Part shown: piece by piece, positions 36,421-53,922 of the stretch
How the letters are laid out: each line of letters opens with the position of its first letter
Numbering within the stretch: the first letter of the stretch is position 1
DNA from: the human T2T-CHM13v2.0 reference genome, Homo sapiens
Length of the DNA stretch: 64,000 nt
Strand: one strand, 5' to 3'
Assembly (NCBI RefSeq): GCF_009914755.1
Contig: NC_060929.1
Made by a program: the position numbers and the translations under genes
Notes under the pieces: generated by a model
The model's input: the letters and a program-made list of their open reading frames with translations, nothing else
What the model was told of the DNA's origin: nothing
The model's database searches: none

Positions 36421-37573
36421 TGACTTCATGACTAAAACACCAAAAGCAATGGCAACAAAAGCCAAAATTGACAAATGGGATCTAATTAAACTAAAGAGCT
36501 TCTGCACAGCAAAAGAAACCACCATCAGAGTGAAGAGGCAACCTACAGAATGGGAGAAAATTTTTGCAATCTACCCATCTGACAAAGGGCTAATATCCAG
36601 AATCTACAAAGAACTTAAACAAGTTTACAAGAAAAAATCAAACAACCCCATCACAAAGTGGGCAAAGGATATGAACAGACACTTCTCAAAAGAAGACATT
36701 TATGCAGCCAACAGACACATGAAGAAATGCTCATCATCACTGGTCATCAGAGAAATGCAAATCAAAACCACAATGAGATACCATCTCACACCAGTTAGAA
36801 TGACGATCATTAAAAAGTCATGAAACAACAGATGCTGGAGAGGATGTGGAGAAACAGGAACACTCTTACACTGTTGATGGGAGTGTGAATTGGTTCAACC
36901 ATTGCGGAAGACAGTGTGGTGATTCCTCAAGGATCTGGAACTAGAAATACCATTTGATCCAGCCATCCCATTACGGGGTATATACCCAAAGGATTATAAA
37001 TCATGTTACTATAAAGACACATGCACATGTATGTTTACTGCAGCACTATTTACAATAGCAAAGACTTGTAACCAACCCAAATGTCCATCAATGATAGACT
37101 GGATTAAGGAAATGTGGCACATATACACCATGGAATACTATGCAGCCATAAAAAAGGATGAGTTCATGTCCTTTGCAGGGACATGGATGAAACTGGAAAC
37201 CATCATTCTGAGCAAACTACCACAAGGACAGAAAACCAAACACTACACGCTCTCACTCATAGGTGGGAATTGAACAATGAGAACACTTGGACACAGGGTA
37301 GGGAATATCACACACCCAGGCCTGTCATGGGGTGGGGGGAGGGAGGAGGGATAACATTGGGAGGAATATCTAATGTAAATGATGAGTTAATGGGTGCAGC
37401 ACACCAACTTGGCACATGTATATGTATGTAACAAACCTGCACATTGTGCACATGTACACTCGAACTTAAAAGTATAATAAAAAAATTTAAAAAAGAAAGT
37501 AGCATTTTAGAAAACAACTTCTCAATAAATAGCCTATAAACAAAAAAAAAAGTAAAAAGAAAAATAAGTGCAT

Positions 37574-37880
37574 CCTATAGACAACACAACACAATGGGCC
37601 ATGACCCAGCCAGGACATGCCAACCTGTGAAGCTGGACAGATAGATGCCTAGAGCAGAGCCCAGGCTGCCCACAAGAAATTGCTGAAAACTAAGGCTTAG
37701 GACAGACTGGAACCCAGAAAAGAAAGGAACCCCGGTCTTGGTCATGGTTCATGGCACCACTCCTTTATAACAATGCCCTAGAAGAAGCCCATGCACCTCA
37801 GTGGGAGCACTCATGCTGTTCTTGGGGAACCTTCATAGGACTGTGCCCTGCCTTGAGCTGGAAGTCTCTGCAGTAGACAT
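37574..37880 (+). pseudogene. ANXA2R-like relic D, 3' half
   Basis: Anchors to the ANXA2R 3' half: ggacagac, catggcaccactcc ~ CGTGGCGCCACCTCC, catgctgttc ~ CGTGCTGTTC; contiguous with the 5' half once the L1 is removed. Confidence 0.55.
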
Positions 37881-39453
37881 CCTTCCATATTTTGTTCTTC
37901 ATCTTCTGAACGCCTTCAAGGTTTTTCAATTGGAAAAATTCTATCTGCATAATCAACAATGTGCTAAGGAACTCTACTTTTAGATCTTCTTAGAATTCAT
38001 AGTTCTTTGTACATGAGGATTAAAGCATTCTTCTGTATTCTCCACTTGTGAAATAGATTTGAGGTTGGTGGAGTCAGGATTGGAAACACATACAGGTGGG
38101 CAGGGGCATGAAAGGGACTGGGACCCAGATCAGAGCTGGAGGCTGAACTCCAGGGAGCCTTTGAATAGCTATGGATATCACCAGGGTGGGAAGGGACAGT
38201 GCTCCACTGTCCTGGGATTCTCTTGAAACTGAGCTTGGCCTCCCTGCTGAGAGCAGAGAACAACCATCAATAAATATTCCTTCAATGGTCTGAAGTTTAC
38301 GTTTACAGGGTGGAGGTGGAAATTAAATTTAGGGAGCCATGAGGAAGACCCCCAGCCCTGTGCCTTTTGAATTGACAACCATGGCATTTCAGGGCATCAG
38401 CTCCAGGTCAGGCATTCTCAGGCAGTTGCATAATTCTGCCAATGTGGGGCCCGCCCACCTCAAAAATCCACATGGATTGGATCCAGCAAAACCAAATATT
38501 CAGCAAAACTTCAAGATCTAGCAACACTGAAGGCTCAAGTACATCACCGGTGCATACTTGGCCCAAGGAGGCTATTCTCTCACAATCTCTACCCAGCTCC
38601 GGGCCTGCAGCATCTGAGACTCACTCCTTCAAGCTGCAGGTATCCCAGGAAAAAGATTTATGCATCCTCATAGCTTCAACATGCAGTGTGTCAGGCACAG
38701 AAAAATGGTTGTCTTCAGAAAGTGATAAAAAAAACATGCAGTAGCAATCACCCTTTGGACTTTGAAACTTTTCTGTCACCTTAGATGTCAGAAACTAAAA
38801 CCCAGAAACTTGGTGTTGGCATTAATTTGGTCTAGCTATGAAGACTTTTTTTTTTTTTTTTTTCACACAGTGACAGTTCTGAATTTGAATATAAAGGAGC
38901 TTAGGTGCTATAATCTGAATGGAACGTGGGAATAAAACTGTCTTTGCCTTGTACTTCTTGTTAGATTAATTAAATACCAATTATCAGTATAAGAAAATGG
39001 CAATAAATTGTCAAAGTGGAATTGGAAAGTGTTTTTAGGATTTGGATATGAAGCAGGCTTCCCATGTGACCATTCTCACTTCTTATTCTGAAGTCTAACA
39101 CTCTGCTTTTCTTTCTCTCCCTCTCTTCATTGATTCTTCTAGTGGCTGGTGTTTGGGTATTGTGGGAACTGAGCTTTCATCTCCTATGTTAGCCATAGAG
39201 ATGAGGGCTTTGAGGGCACCATGGAATCCGATTGCTGGAAATAAATCAATCTTAAAGGAAAGGAAAATTTAAAAATCAGGTGCAACAAAAGCAAAATGAG
39301 AAAACTGCTAAACTCTACAATTCTATAAAGAAGAATTGCATAAAAAGGAAATAACAGGAAAAGGTAAGAAAATTTAAAAGGATATCAGAAAATATAGCAT
39401 ACAGGGTCAGAAAGATTTGAGAATATGACGAGATGGTTTTAGAAGGCAGGATG

Positions 39454-40056
<603 letters not shown>

Positions 40057-40060
<4 letters not shown>

Positions 40061-40093
40061 AGAAAGAAAGGAAAGAAAGAAAGAAAGAAAGGA

Positions 40094-40157
<64 letters not shown>

Positions 40158-40241
40158 AGGAAGGAAGGAAGGAAGGAAGGAAGGAAGGAAGGAAGGAAAA
40201 AGAAAGAGAGAGAGAAAGAAAGAAAGAAAAGAAAAGAAAGG
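40057..40241 (+). repeat. Pure-purine (GAAA)n(GGAA)10 microsatellite derived from an Alu tail
   Basis: Direct reading; (GGAA)10 at 40159-40198. Confidence 0.97.
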
Positions 40242-40828
40242 TGGCAGGATGGAATTTGGAAAAAATTAACATTTTAAAAATAGAAATGTAAAGGCGGATG
40301 GAAGGAGAGAAATTGAACAACAGGAAATGGATACCATGCATCTCTGAAATAATAACTGTTGAAAATTAGTGTGTCAATTTTAGGGTTTAATGCATTATTA
40401 TAAACAAGTGGATAAACAAATATAAGTGCATATACCAGTTATGAAAACATGTCTTAAGGACTATGATTAGGACTTATCTATTACTCAGTGTCATGCTTCT
40501 AATGGCCGGTTGTGTTTTTTTTTAAAGAAAGAAAAGCCCCTATAAATGTGGCTCCTAAATATCCAGCCCTCGAGGTTGTTCCTTTGCAGGAGTCTGTTCC
40601 TTTTGGCCGGCTGCTGAACCTAGGGAGGCAGCGTGGGATGGAGTTGGCAAACATCCTGCAAGTCCACGACCCATGAAGAGCCGCTATGGTACCACTAGCA
40701 GTGCTAGGACCCAGAAACTAGCGAAACTGTTTAGGAGAAGCTGCGGGCTGGACCCACCAGCGGTGCTGCCACGGAGGTCAATCCTGCTTTGACAAGTGAG
40801 CGGTGCTGCAACTGAGAAAGTTACAGTC

Positions 40829-41588
<760 letters not shown>

Positions 41589-42786
41589 TCACACTGAATA
41601 GCGGTGTGTCCTGTGGCAAACTTTATTTTTGGCGCAGTTAAGGCATTGCTACTAAGAAACTCGTCTCTGAGAAATATCGGTGGTTGGAAGGTTGTAGGGT
41701 GCTTCCACCGAGAAAGCGCCTACCCAGTGAAATACGCCTGTGACAGAAAAACCGAGGCCAAGCCCTGCCAGCAGTCTTGCCCAATCACGGTGCTGAGACA
41801 GTGAGACAGCCAGCCCGGGGAAAGTAGCCGTGCTAGGACACAGGAAGCGATACCACAAAGAACATGTGAGTCTTGTGAACAAGGAATGTTGTTTTGTTCA
41901 GCGCTACCAAGAGCGCGGCAACCGAGAAAACACGGAGTCGCCCCTAGTGGCGAAAGTGCGGATGCGAAACCGCTGGCTCGGCGTAAGAGCAGAGCCGCGG
42001 AAGAGAACCCTAGCGGCGGGGAACTAGCTCGCCTTCAGTGCTCACGGGAGAAGGCAAGTTAGAAAGAACCTGAGACGTGACACTGAAAATCAGTAGAAGA
42101 AATACGCCACATTTATTCTACCGGGGAAGACAGTGGGTAAGAAAAAAATACCGTAACATTTAAATTAAAAAATAATTAAAAATTTAAAAGCAAATAGAAA
42201 TTAAAACAAAATACACTGATAACCTCGCTGCCAGAACAAGATACACCAAAAAAAAATTTTTTTTTTGATTATACAAAACATACAAAGCATCCTACAAACA
42301 GAAAGAAATTGCAAACAGGGTCGAATGGTGAGATCCTACCATTATATTTGTCAGCACTAAACCCGTGCCTCTTGCGCCTATCCGAAGTTTCCTCGGATTA
42401 AGAAGAAACAGCCATGGTTAAACCGGTATTTGCGACACCAACAATTATCTGTAGCCGACGTACCCCAACTTCTACATGAGTGAAAAATCGCCAGCATAGC
42501 CAGGGCGAGACTATTGCGAATTCTAACTTGGTATGATTTAAAAATTCCAGACACTGCTAAATTTTTTTAAATTGCATTCTTCAGTACCTAGATTAATACA
42601 GGAGTTATAAACCGCACGCATGGCTATAATGGGGGCTCCTATTACGGAACAGGAATTTGCTACTACTAAAATTATGTAGGCATGGTTAAAGCCAGAATTG
42701 TTACAACCAGAAATCGCAAACTGGAATAACTCTCAACTTGCTACGGTAAGAAATAACTAAACTCTGACTTGGTCAGACTAAGAAAT

Positions 42787-43055
<269 letters not shown>

Positions 43056-45653
43056 TTAAGTCTGCCTTGCTACAGCTAAACAGTGACTTCCTAGGACCAA
43101 GAAATCGCAGCCAGGGCTAGACCGATGCCCTAAATCGGGACTTGCTTAGGCTGAGAAATCACATTTTGGCTAGTTATTTGGACAAGAGGTAGAAATAGCG
43201 GGCACCGCGAAATCGAAACTTGCTAGGACCAAGAAGCCAACGACGGGCGAAACCGCAGGGGCCTGCGATAGAGACGCCAGCGGCGCCGCCGGGGGACTGG
43301 GTTCAGGAGGCCGAGCAGGAACCCGTGCGTCGGCGCTCGCGGCGCTGTGAAGAGACGGCGTCCGCGCAGCTCCTCTGCCTCTGGCTCGGAGGAGCGGCGG
43401 GCTCCCCCGCCCAGCGCCGGCGTCGCCCGGGAACCCCAGACTCTGCGCAACTGGCTGCGATTCCAAATCCCTCAGATCGGCTACCAGAGCGCTGCCGCCA
43501 CCGAGAAAATGGAGGCACCGAGGAACAAGATGTGCCGCGACCAAGAGAACTCGGCTTGGCGAAATGGCGGTGCCGGGACCCTAAGAGTGACGCCAGCCGG
43601 AGGAGTTCCCAAGGACAACATCCATTTTGGCGGAACCAACGGTGTTGTCACGCAGAAAATGTCGACCCTCGGAAAAGAGAGGTTCTGCGACCGAGAAATT
43701 CGGTGCAACAAGTGCTGTGACAGAAAACCCCCCGCTCGGCGCTGCTGGCGAAAGAGCCAACAAAACGCTGGGTGCTGCCACCGTGACACCGACTTTAGGA
43801 CCCCGGCCTCGGATGGAGAAAGGAGGGTACGGAGCCACCACATAACTTCCTAATGTCTTCAAATAGCGAAAGTGCTAGCCGGAAACTGCCGGCTGGGTTT
43901 ACCTATTGGTGCTCGTGTGGGACTAGCAGATTCGAGAAACCAGCGGGACTGGAACCTAGTACACTTCGGCAGTTGAGAAATGACTTACCAGGACAAATAC
44001 TGCTTCTGGCTCGATGGTGCTGCCCATGAACATCCGCCGGCTCTGAGAAACGAGCTGCACTGTCAGTGAGAAACCGTGGGCACTGAGAAACGAGCGGACT
44101 GCAACTGATAACTGCCCACCCAGTGCCACTACGACAAAGTGCTGCTGGCACTACTCCCACCCTCCGTCCTCAAATCAGTCCCCTCCCGCCTAAGAAGACC
44201 TTTATTTTTCCTAGCGAAGTCATACTGAGGGCCCCATCAACCGATCCCTTGCGATGCGCATGGGAAAAGGAGGCAGTATAGGGACCGAGAATCGGGCGGA
44301 TTGGGCTGGCCCTGGTAACAAAAGCCATCCGGGTCGCCAACCGTCTTCCACTGCAAGAAACAAACCTTCCAGTGGCTGGGCTCCGCCCTTCTCCTTGGTC
44401 AGAGCCCTCCAGGCTCCTAAGGGCGAAGCCGACACCTCATCCCTTTGGAACTTGAAGTTCTCAGTCCAAGACCTCCGTGGAGAGTGAAAGACTCAATGCC
44501 TCCTGACCGAGGCTTCAGGCCTGCCCCGGCAGCTAGGTACCTCTCCAGGGGATGGAACTCTGTGGGAACTGCTATTTAATTCTGATGGTTAACTCTGTCA
44601 GATGGCCTTGATATATGGGAATAATCGTTGCAGGAGGGTAGGGGAAATAAGAATCGCAAGACTCTAGCACAGGACGTGTGGATTGATGGTGAGGCCTTTG
44701 CTCCCTCTCCCCTTGAAATCCTCAAAGGGCAGTTCCCGATTTCTATCACCTTTGAAATTCATCCCTGATGTCTTCTCCATCTTTGGGAAGTGCAATGCAA
44801 TTTCAAGCTCTTGAATCTTCCCTCTCCCACATTTGTCAAATATACTGACGCTACAAACTCCTTTCTTACAGGAAACCTGAAACTGCCATTGAGCAGAAGG
44901 AAAACATCCCTTTCCAGAACCTTTCTCGTTTTTCTAAAAATCTGCACTTTTGGAAGTGATCCCCCAAAGAGACCTCCAGACTCTACCATGAGTGTCTCCA
45001 GCTGAACTCATCGTGTCTAATCCTCACCCTAGCTTATCCTGTTCAAATCATTTCCATCTTTTTCTGGATGAACCTGGGCGGATGTCAGACCAGAGAAGAG
45101 CACAGAATGTACCAGAGAGGTAAGAAGACCCATTTTGGGCTCTCACTTCTCACCCACTCCCAAGATGGTCACCTCCAGTCTTCCCCCCTATACCTTACCC
45201 TTTCTTCAGCTAGCCAAAACCTGCCCTGGTACTTGAGGCTTCTTCAGTTGCCTTCTTTTGCAGGCAGTAGAATAAAGGAAAGAGGGCAGTGTCAATAGAA
45301 GAAAAGTTACAGCCACTTTATCTAATTGAAGATACTGTGCAGAGCCTTTGAAAAAACAAAATATCTCACCCACCATTCCTCTCTCCGTTTCCACCCTAGC
45401 TTCCTATTTTAGCAAAAATGGTGGGATCAGCACCTCTGGAGGGAAGGGGTCACTCTTCCAGGTTAGGAATGTGGACAGGAGTTATGGAGCTTACTTCCCT
45501 AAAGGAGGAGGCATTCTAGTTCCGGCATTCAGATTCTGTCTGATTCCAATATGGTGTTTGTGTGGGGTGGTCAGAGAAAGGGCAAGTCGGCAACTGTATA
45601 TTCCTCAGCAAGAGACTATAAGACATTTGCATTTGGAAAATCAGGAGAGATGC

Positions 45654-46008
45654 TGATATGGTTTGGCTCCGTGTCCCCACCCAAATCTCACCTTGAATTG
45701 TAATAATCCCCATGTGTCAAGGGTGAGACCAGGTGGAGATAATTGAATCATGGGGTTGGTTTTCCCCATGCTGTTCTCGTGTTAGTGAGTGGGTCTCACG
45801 AGATCTGATAGTTTTATAATTGCCTGGCATTTTCCCCTGCTGGCACACATTCTCCTGCGGCCCTCTGAAGAGGTGCCTTCCATCACGATTGTAAGTTTCC
45901 TGAGGCCTCCCCAGCCATGCAGAGCTTTGAGTCAATTAAAACTTCTTTCTTTATAAATTACCCAGTCTTGGATATTTCTTCATAGCAGTGTGGGAACAGA
46001 CTAATACA
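45654..46008 (+). mobile_element. THE1 (MaLR) solo LTR
   Basis: tgatatggtttggctccgtgtccccacccaaatctc...gactaataca; TSD gatg(c/t). Confidence 0.95.
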
Positions 46009-46171
46009 GATGTGGTAGAGTTGGGTGCTGGGTGGCAATGCTAAGTGTATGCAGGTTCTAGGCACCAGATCAAATCTGGAATGCAAACTGTGGGACACAA
46101 ACCACAAATGATGCCCAGCCTTTAATACTTTCTTTCATTGTTTGTCATATAGAAGAAGAAACAAAGAATAA

Positions 46172-47443
<1,272 letters not shown>

Positions 47444-47542
47444 AAGTTTTTTAATGTTTAATCTAATGTGCATGGAGGCATCATAGAAAGAACTGAATAT
47501 CCAAAAGTGTGGTGAAATTTGAGACTTTAGATACCATCTTAA

Positions 47543-48640
47543 TGATAGTGGCAGGAGGCAGACAAATCCTAGGGAGACAAGGGTGGGTCCCTGGTGAAAC
47601 CCCACCTTCAAACCAAAGACAGTTTAAAGCATGAAAGCCAAGCTACAAGTCTCCAGTAAATCCACGGACCGGATTAAGAATCTCTCTTCCCCTTTAGCAC
47701 ACTTCCCTCTGATTGATCCACACACTTCACTTAGTGCACTTTCCTCTGATTGATCCCCACACTTCACCTATTTTACATATACCTGCCCTTCCCTAATTGT
47801 TTTTTTACACAGTTGTGCCCACCTTTGAGTGGTGCTTTTGTTTTAGCCTTTTTTGCATATGCACAAACCAATCAGCATGCACTCCCCCATTCTGAGCCTA
47901 TAAAAGCCCCAGACCCTGCCACATTGGGAGAGAGACCACCCAACTTCTGGTGGGGAACCATCCTCGAATCCCCTCTCCACTGAGAACTGTTTTGTGGCTC
48001 AATAAAACTCCTCTCTGCCCTCCTCACTTTTTGATTTTCAGCATAACCTCATTCTTCTTGGATGCAGGACAACAACTCGGGATCCACCTAACACGGGTAC
48101 AAAGAAGGCTGTAACACGGGAAGCAGCTGTTGGGCCAAACCAGCCCTGGAGCTGTAGGCCAGAGCAAGACCACAGGACTGACAGAGCTGTTAACACGCTG
48201 ACATCTTTCGGGCTGCAGAGGGCGGGACTGAAAGAGCTATTAGCATGTTGTAACACCCACTCTGGGGCTTTGGGGTCACGGGCATCCCTGTTTGGGTGCC
48301 ATCACATTCCCCTCATCTGGATGCCAGAGTCCACCATAGGAGTCACTTGCAACATGCCTGGTCCAGCCACAAGTCCCACACAGAGCCTGCTCCTGTGCTG
48401 GTGCTTGGAGCTACCAGTGGAACCCCACACTCACTAGCTCACACACCCCTCCTGCCAGGGGCTGAGTGCACAGTCATGGTGGCCACAGGATCTGCACCAG
48501 AGGACATGCCAGGCACAGCCCAGCAAACCGAGTAGATGGGGCATCTCCTGTGGTTAGCCTGGGCTCCAGCAAGGCCTAGGTAGGGCATCGCCAGCCAGAG
48601 GTCTCTGGCTGGCAAAGTTGCTGAGAAACATCCTATGTCA
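47543..48640 (+). mobile_element. Solo ERV1 LTR (LTR27/LTR28-like) nested in an older antisense LTR
   Basis: TG...CA termini, TSD ttaa; CCAAT, TATAAAA and AATAAA in order. Confidence 0.8.
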
Positions 48641-48684
48641 TTAAGGAGATGGGGAGGGGCAGAGGGGCACTTATGGAAATATGA

Positions 48685-49545
<861 letters not shown>

Positions 49546-49619
49546 CTGAGAATTCTTAAGACAGGATTTTTTAAGGATAGTTTGGTAAGCATGGGGCTAG
49601 GGGATGGGTTGATGTGTTG

Positions 49620-52165
49620 GGTACTATGGGGAACGTGGAAGTGGAGAATAGTGTGGACTTTTGAAAGGATGTCTGCCTAGGAGTGGAGTTGGGCATGAGG
49701 GCAGGACTAAAAAAGAGTGAGTGAAGGAAAAGGTATGCAGGGAGCAGAAGAGTGGAGGGGTGGCTCGGGGTTTGGAGACTTGCCCGTCAATTCCCACAAC
49801 AGAAACTTGGGAGGACTGGGTGGGTCCTGAAAAATTAGGTAAAGCAGAGTAGGTTGCCCGGTATTAAATAAGAAAAAATACTGGCCTACCTGCCACCATC
49901 AGGGTTACCCTTGTCTTAGATGAAGCAATGGTAGTTGCCGGGGCGTCCATTCCAGGGCCCCATCAGTCTTCAGTGGCAAGGCCAGTGAGATCCGAGTAGG
50001 AGGTTTTGGCCAGCTCAGGAAGGGATGGGAGTGGTCCTTGTGGGGGCCGCTCACAGTCCAACTTCCAGTGGGGTCCTCTGCAGAGGGGGCATGGCCTGAT
50101 GGGCTTACCTGGGTTTGGGCATTGTCTAGACCAGTGGCCTTCATTGCCATACTTGAAACATGCGCCAGGTGGAGGTGGATTGCTAGGAGGCTTCTGTGTG
50201 GAGCTGCGGCCCTGTGGGCCTGCAGGGCCCCTGATGGCGGAGTCAAGCATTTGAAACTCTGCATGTTTTTGCCTTTTATTTTCCTCATCACGATTGTTAA
50301 AGACTTTGAAGGCTAAATTAAGAAGGTCTTGTTGTGGGTTTTGAGAGCCATCATCAAGCTTCTGTAGCTTACGCCGAATATCGGGGTGGATTGGGACATG
50401 AACTAAAGGTTTAAAATAGTGGTTCCTTCTGGGCTGGTTGGGTCTAGGTTGGTATATTTTCTCATGACTTCAGTTAAACAAGAGAGAAAAAGGGCTGTTT
50501 TTTCGTCAGGATCTTGGGGGATTTCTGAAAGTTTTTCATAGTTTATCGCTTTATGGGCACCCTTTTTGAGTCCTGCAAGGAGACACAATTGTGGTCTCAA
50601 TGGTAGCGTCCAGAGGCCCTGTCTTGATAATCCCAGTGGGGGTCCTGGTTGGGGACTGCCTGTGCGCCAGTAGGCTGGGCAGGAGCTTGGTGATAAATTG
50701 ATCAGCATGCCCCTGAGCTAGGGTCCAGATATGGTCCCGGTCTTCTGGGGTGAGGGTGGAAGAGAGGATAACGTAGAGGATATGCCAGATTAGTTCATAA
50801 GACTGGGTAAGGTACTGAAACTCCCTAATATAAGAGGTCAGGTCTTCTGGAAATGAACCCAGTCTTTTGTTAATTTGAGAGAAATCAGTGAGGGAGAAGG
50901 GAACATGAACTCTAACAATACCTTCAGTTCCTGCTACTTCCTGAAGAGGGCACTCTAGCACAGGCACTAAAGTAAGGGTGGGGCATGGCCAAACATGGCA
51001 CCTGAACAAGTGTGGATGGGAGAGAAGGAAGAACCTGGAAGTGGTTCCTGCTGAGTGTTTGAAGGGGAAAGGGGGATTGAGTTAACAGGCAGTGGAGGAT
51101 AGATAGGGGCGTAAGGTGGTGGGATGGGTTTACAAGCCTCAGGAGAAGGCAGTAGGGGAGGAGAATGGGTACAGGCAATACTAGAATTGTCCTGAGGAGG
51201 GGGCGGTGTAGGTAAAGAAGCAGATACTGCTGACTGGGAAGATGGTGGCTGGGAAGATGGCGGTTGAGAAGACAACGAGGAGGCTTGGGCTAAAGAAGAC
51301 GATTGAGAGGAAGAGGTAGGGGTTGGGAGGGGTGGACAGCAGTCTGCTGGATCTAACGAGGAAAAAGAGGTAGGGTTGGGAGGAGAAAGACAATCAGGGT
51401 GGCAAGAATGGAGGAGAAGGATTTGAACAGGTGAGCAAGAATTGCAGAGGTCGGGTTGTGATCTGAGTGCAAAAAGGCCTGGACATAAGGAATTTCTCCC
51501 CATTTCTCTAGTCGTTGTCAATAATTGCTTAACTCAGTTAAAACTGTAAAGTCGAATGTTCCATTTGCGGGCCATTTGGACCCATTATCCAATTCGTATT
51601 GTGGCCAGACTGAATTGCAAAAAAAGACAAGGCGCTTAGGGTGGATATTTTGCCTGAGGCCTAAGGTTTGCAGGTTTTTTATGGGGCAGCCTAGAGGGCT
51701 GTTTTTTGGAAGGGAGGACCGGGAGTTTCCCATAACAGAGGGTAGGCTCAGGAGAACAGGGAAAAAGGAGACCGTCCTGGACGGCCAGAGGGAGACAAAA
51801 GGAGCAATCATCATCACCGCTGCCTTTTTCATTCCTGGAACGGGATCAAATGGATTAGAGGCGTCTCCCTAAGACCAGGTGATGGGATGATCAGCGAGTA
51901 CCTGGCACACGCCGGAGCCTTGCTGGACCGACATTGGATTTTTGGACCGTAGACACCAAGAGAGGCCATGTGGCTTTTCCCTTGTTAACTGGGCTCCTAG
52001 GGAAACTTACCAATAGGCAAGGCCAGTGACCAATGTGCATGCACAGAGAGGCAACTGGAGGCTGAGGAGCTTCCTTTGTCCTGCTGCTGTGGCCTGTTCT
52101 CCAGGGTGGAGGGGTAGGTCCATGGGGGATGTGGACCAGAGCCCCTCCCCGGTTTCGGCACTAGA
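49620..52165 (-). mobile_element. HERV-H48-family internal region (leader, frameshifted gag, protease); 3'-truncated
   Basis: tRNA-Phe-type PBS (52146-52163); MA start MGNSRSS; PPPY late domain; capsid peptide; degenerate zinc knuckle CFKYGNEGHWSRQC; protease-site relic FLFNTG. Confidence 0.9.
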
Positions 52166-52574
52166 TGTAAGGTTCTTGTGTTGGTTCAAACCCTGAGAGC
52201 ACGCCAAAAGACAACACGAAGTGGTGTGGAGCAGCAACATGCTGTTTTAATGAGCACGTGAGTGCAGGTGGGCTGAGGCCTAAAATGGCATCAGCCCCAA
52301 GTGAGGACGGTACAGGGGGTTTATAGTCCTCTGTAAACAGGAAGTGTCCCAGTCTAACATGACTGCTATGTAGTACGCGACGGCCTCTTTCTCGATCTTC
52401 AGGGGTACGTGTCTTCTGGCCAGGGAATGTGTCTTCCGGCTGGCTCTCTTCCTGCTTCTGCTATCTTGCTGACACACGCTGCTGGTGCAAGTGGCGTTGT
52501 GCCTTGGGACTGGGCCTGAGAAGGGGGGAGTTACTCATCCCTTCAAGCTTTGGGTCCCCGGGGAGAATCTTTCA
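52166..52574 (-). mobile_element. MER48 5' LTR
   Basis: Minus strand begins tgaaagattctccccgggga...; directly abuts the PBS. Confidence 0.9.
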
Positions 52575-53411
52575 AGTATGAACCTGGCCTTGTGAAAGCA
52601 GAGCTCCAGTTACACAGTGTATCCCGAATCCATGAATGTTATGATGGTGCTAATTTGAACCACTAAGAGGCCTTGTGAGAGTCTCTTCTTTCCCAGAAAA
52701 TGTGGGGAACACAGAGAGTGTCTTTCTGGATAGACATACCCAAGAAACTTCTGCTGAGGAAAGTGAAAGCAAAGATACAACTTATCCCAGAAAGGGGAGT
52801 GCATATGTAGATGGTGATAAGTAATATAGCCTGAAATATTCACATGGATATAATTAGAGTTAGGGTTATAGTTAAGGAGGAAGGGAAGGGAGACAGAAAG
52901 AAAGCAAGTAAGAAAGGAAGCAAGAAAAGATAAAACTGTGTCCAAGTTTCTTACTTGTATTAAACAGAGTGTTTTTCTAGATATTGTTAACCAAGATAAG
53001 GAATCCCTAAAGAGAGGCAGGCTTGATTTAGAGCTGTCTGAGGGCTTCCAAAAGAGCTGTTCAGTGAATAAGAAGGAATCCAACCATGGAGCATCAGAGT
53101 CTAAGTTGGATGTATAGGTTTGTGTGTCTTCAGTATTGTCTTGTATTTTAAGACAGAATTAGATGTGCCCATCAGAAATGAGTGTATGGCATGAAAAAGT
53201 TGCAGATGGTAGGCCGCAGTGAACTCCAATTGTTTGGAAGGCTTAACTTGAACCTTCCTAGGCTAGAGAATTTTAAATGACTGAGATGTTTCTAATGTGC
53301 CTAGAGCTTCTTTTCTAATGAGCCCAGGGAGGGCTAGAATCTCTATCAGAGTTAGTCTGGGATGTAAAGGGGATCAGGATGTGCCACCCCAATATATGCC
53401 ACTTTAGCCTA

Positions 53412-53861
<450 letters not shown>

Positions 53862-53922
53862 TTATAAAAGCTTCCACCTCTCCCCTACCTGGAAGAGAAG
53901 GAAACTCTTCTACTCTAATACT

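Noticed and set aside
38339-38744. Plus-strand ORF with GILRQLHNSANVGP resembling ANXA2R GCVKRAWDSAEVAP
   Set aside because: Only about 55% DNA match over 42 nt and no colinear downstream anchors; compatible with chance
40757-40820. REST (RE1) or RFX X-box sites in the repeat unit
   Set aside because: Only half-site resemblance (GGTGCTG, GAAAC); spacing does not fit either full consensus
49620-51832. Intact or domesticated gag gene
   Set aside because: Gag is spread over several frames with stops; zinc knuckle and protease site are degenerate
52146-52163. tRNA-Phe gene
   Set aside because: Only the 18-nt retroviral primer-binding site; no cloverleaf or A/B boxes
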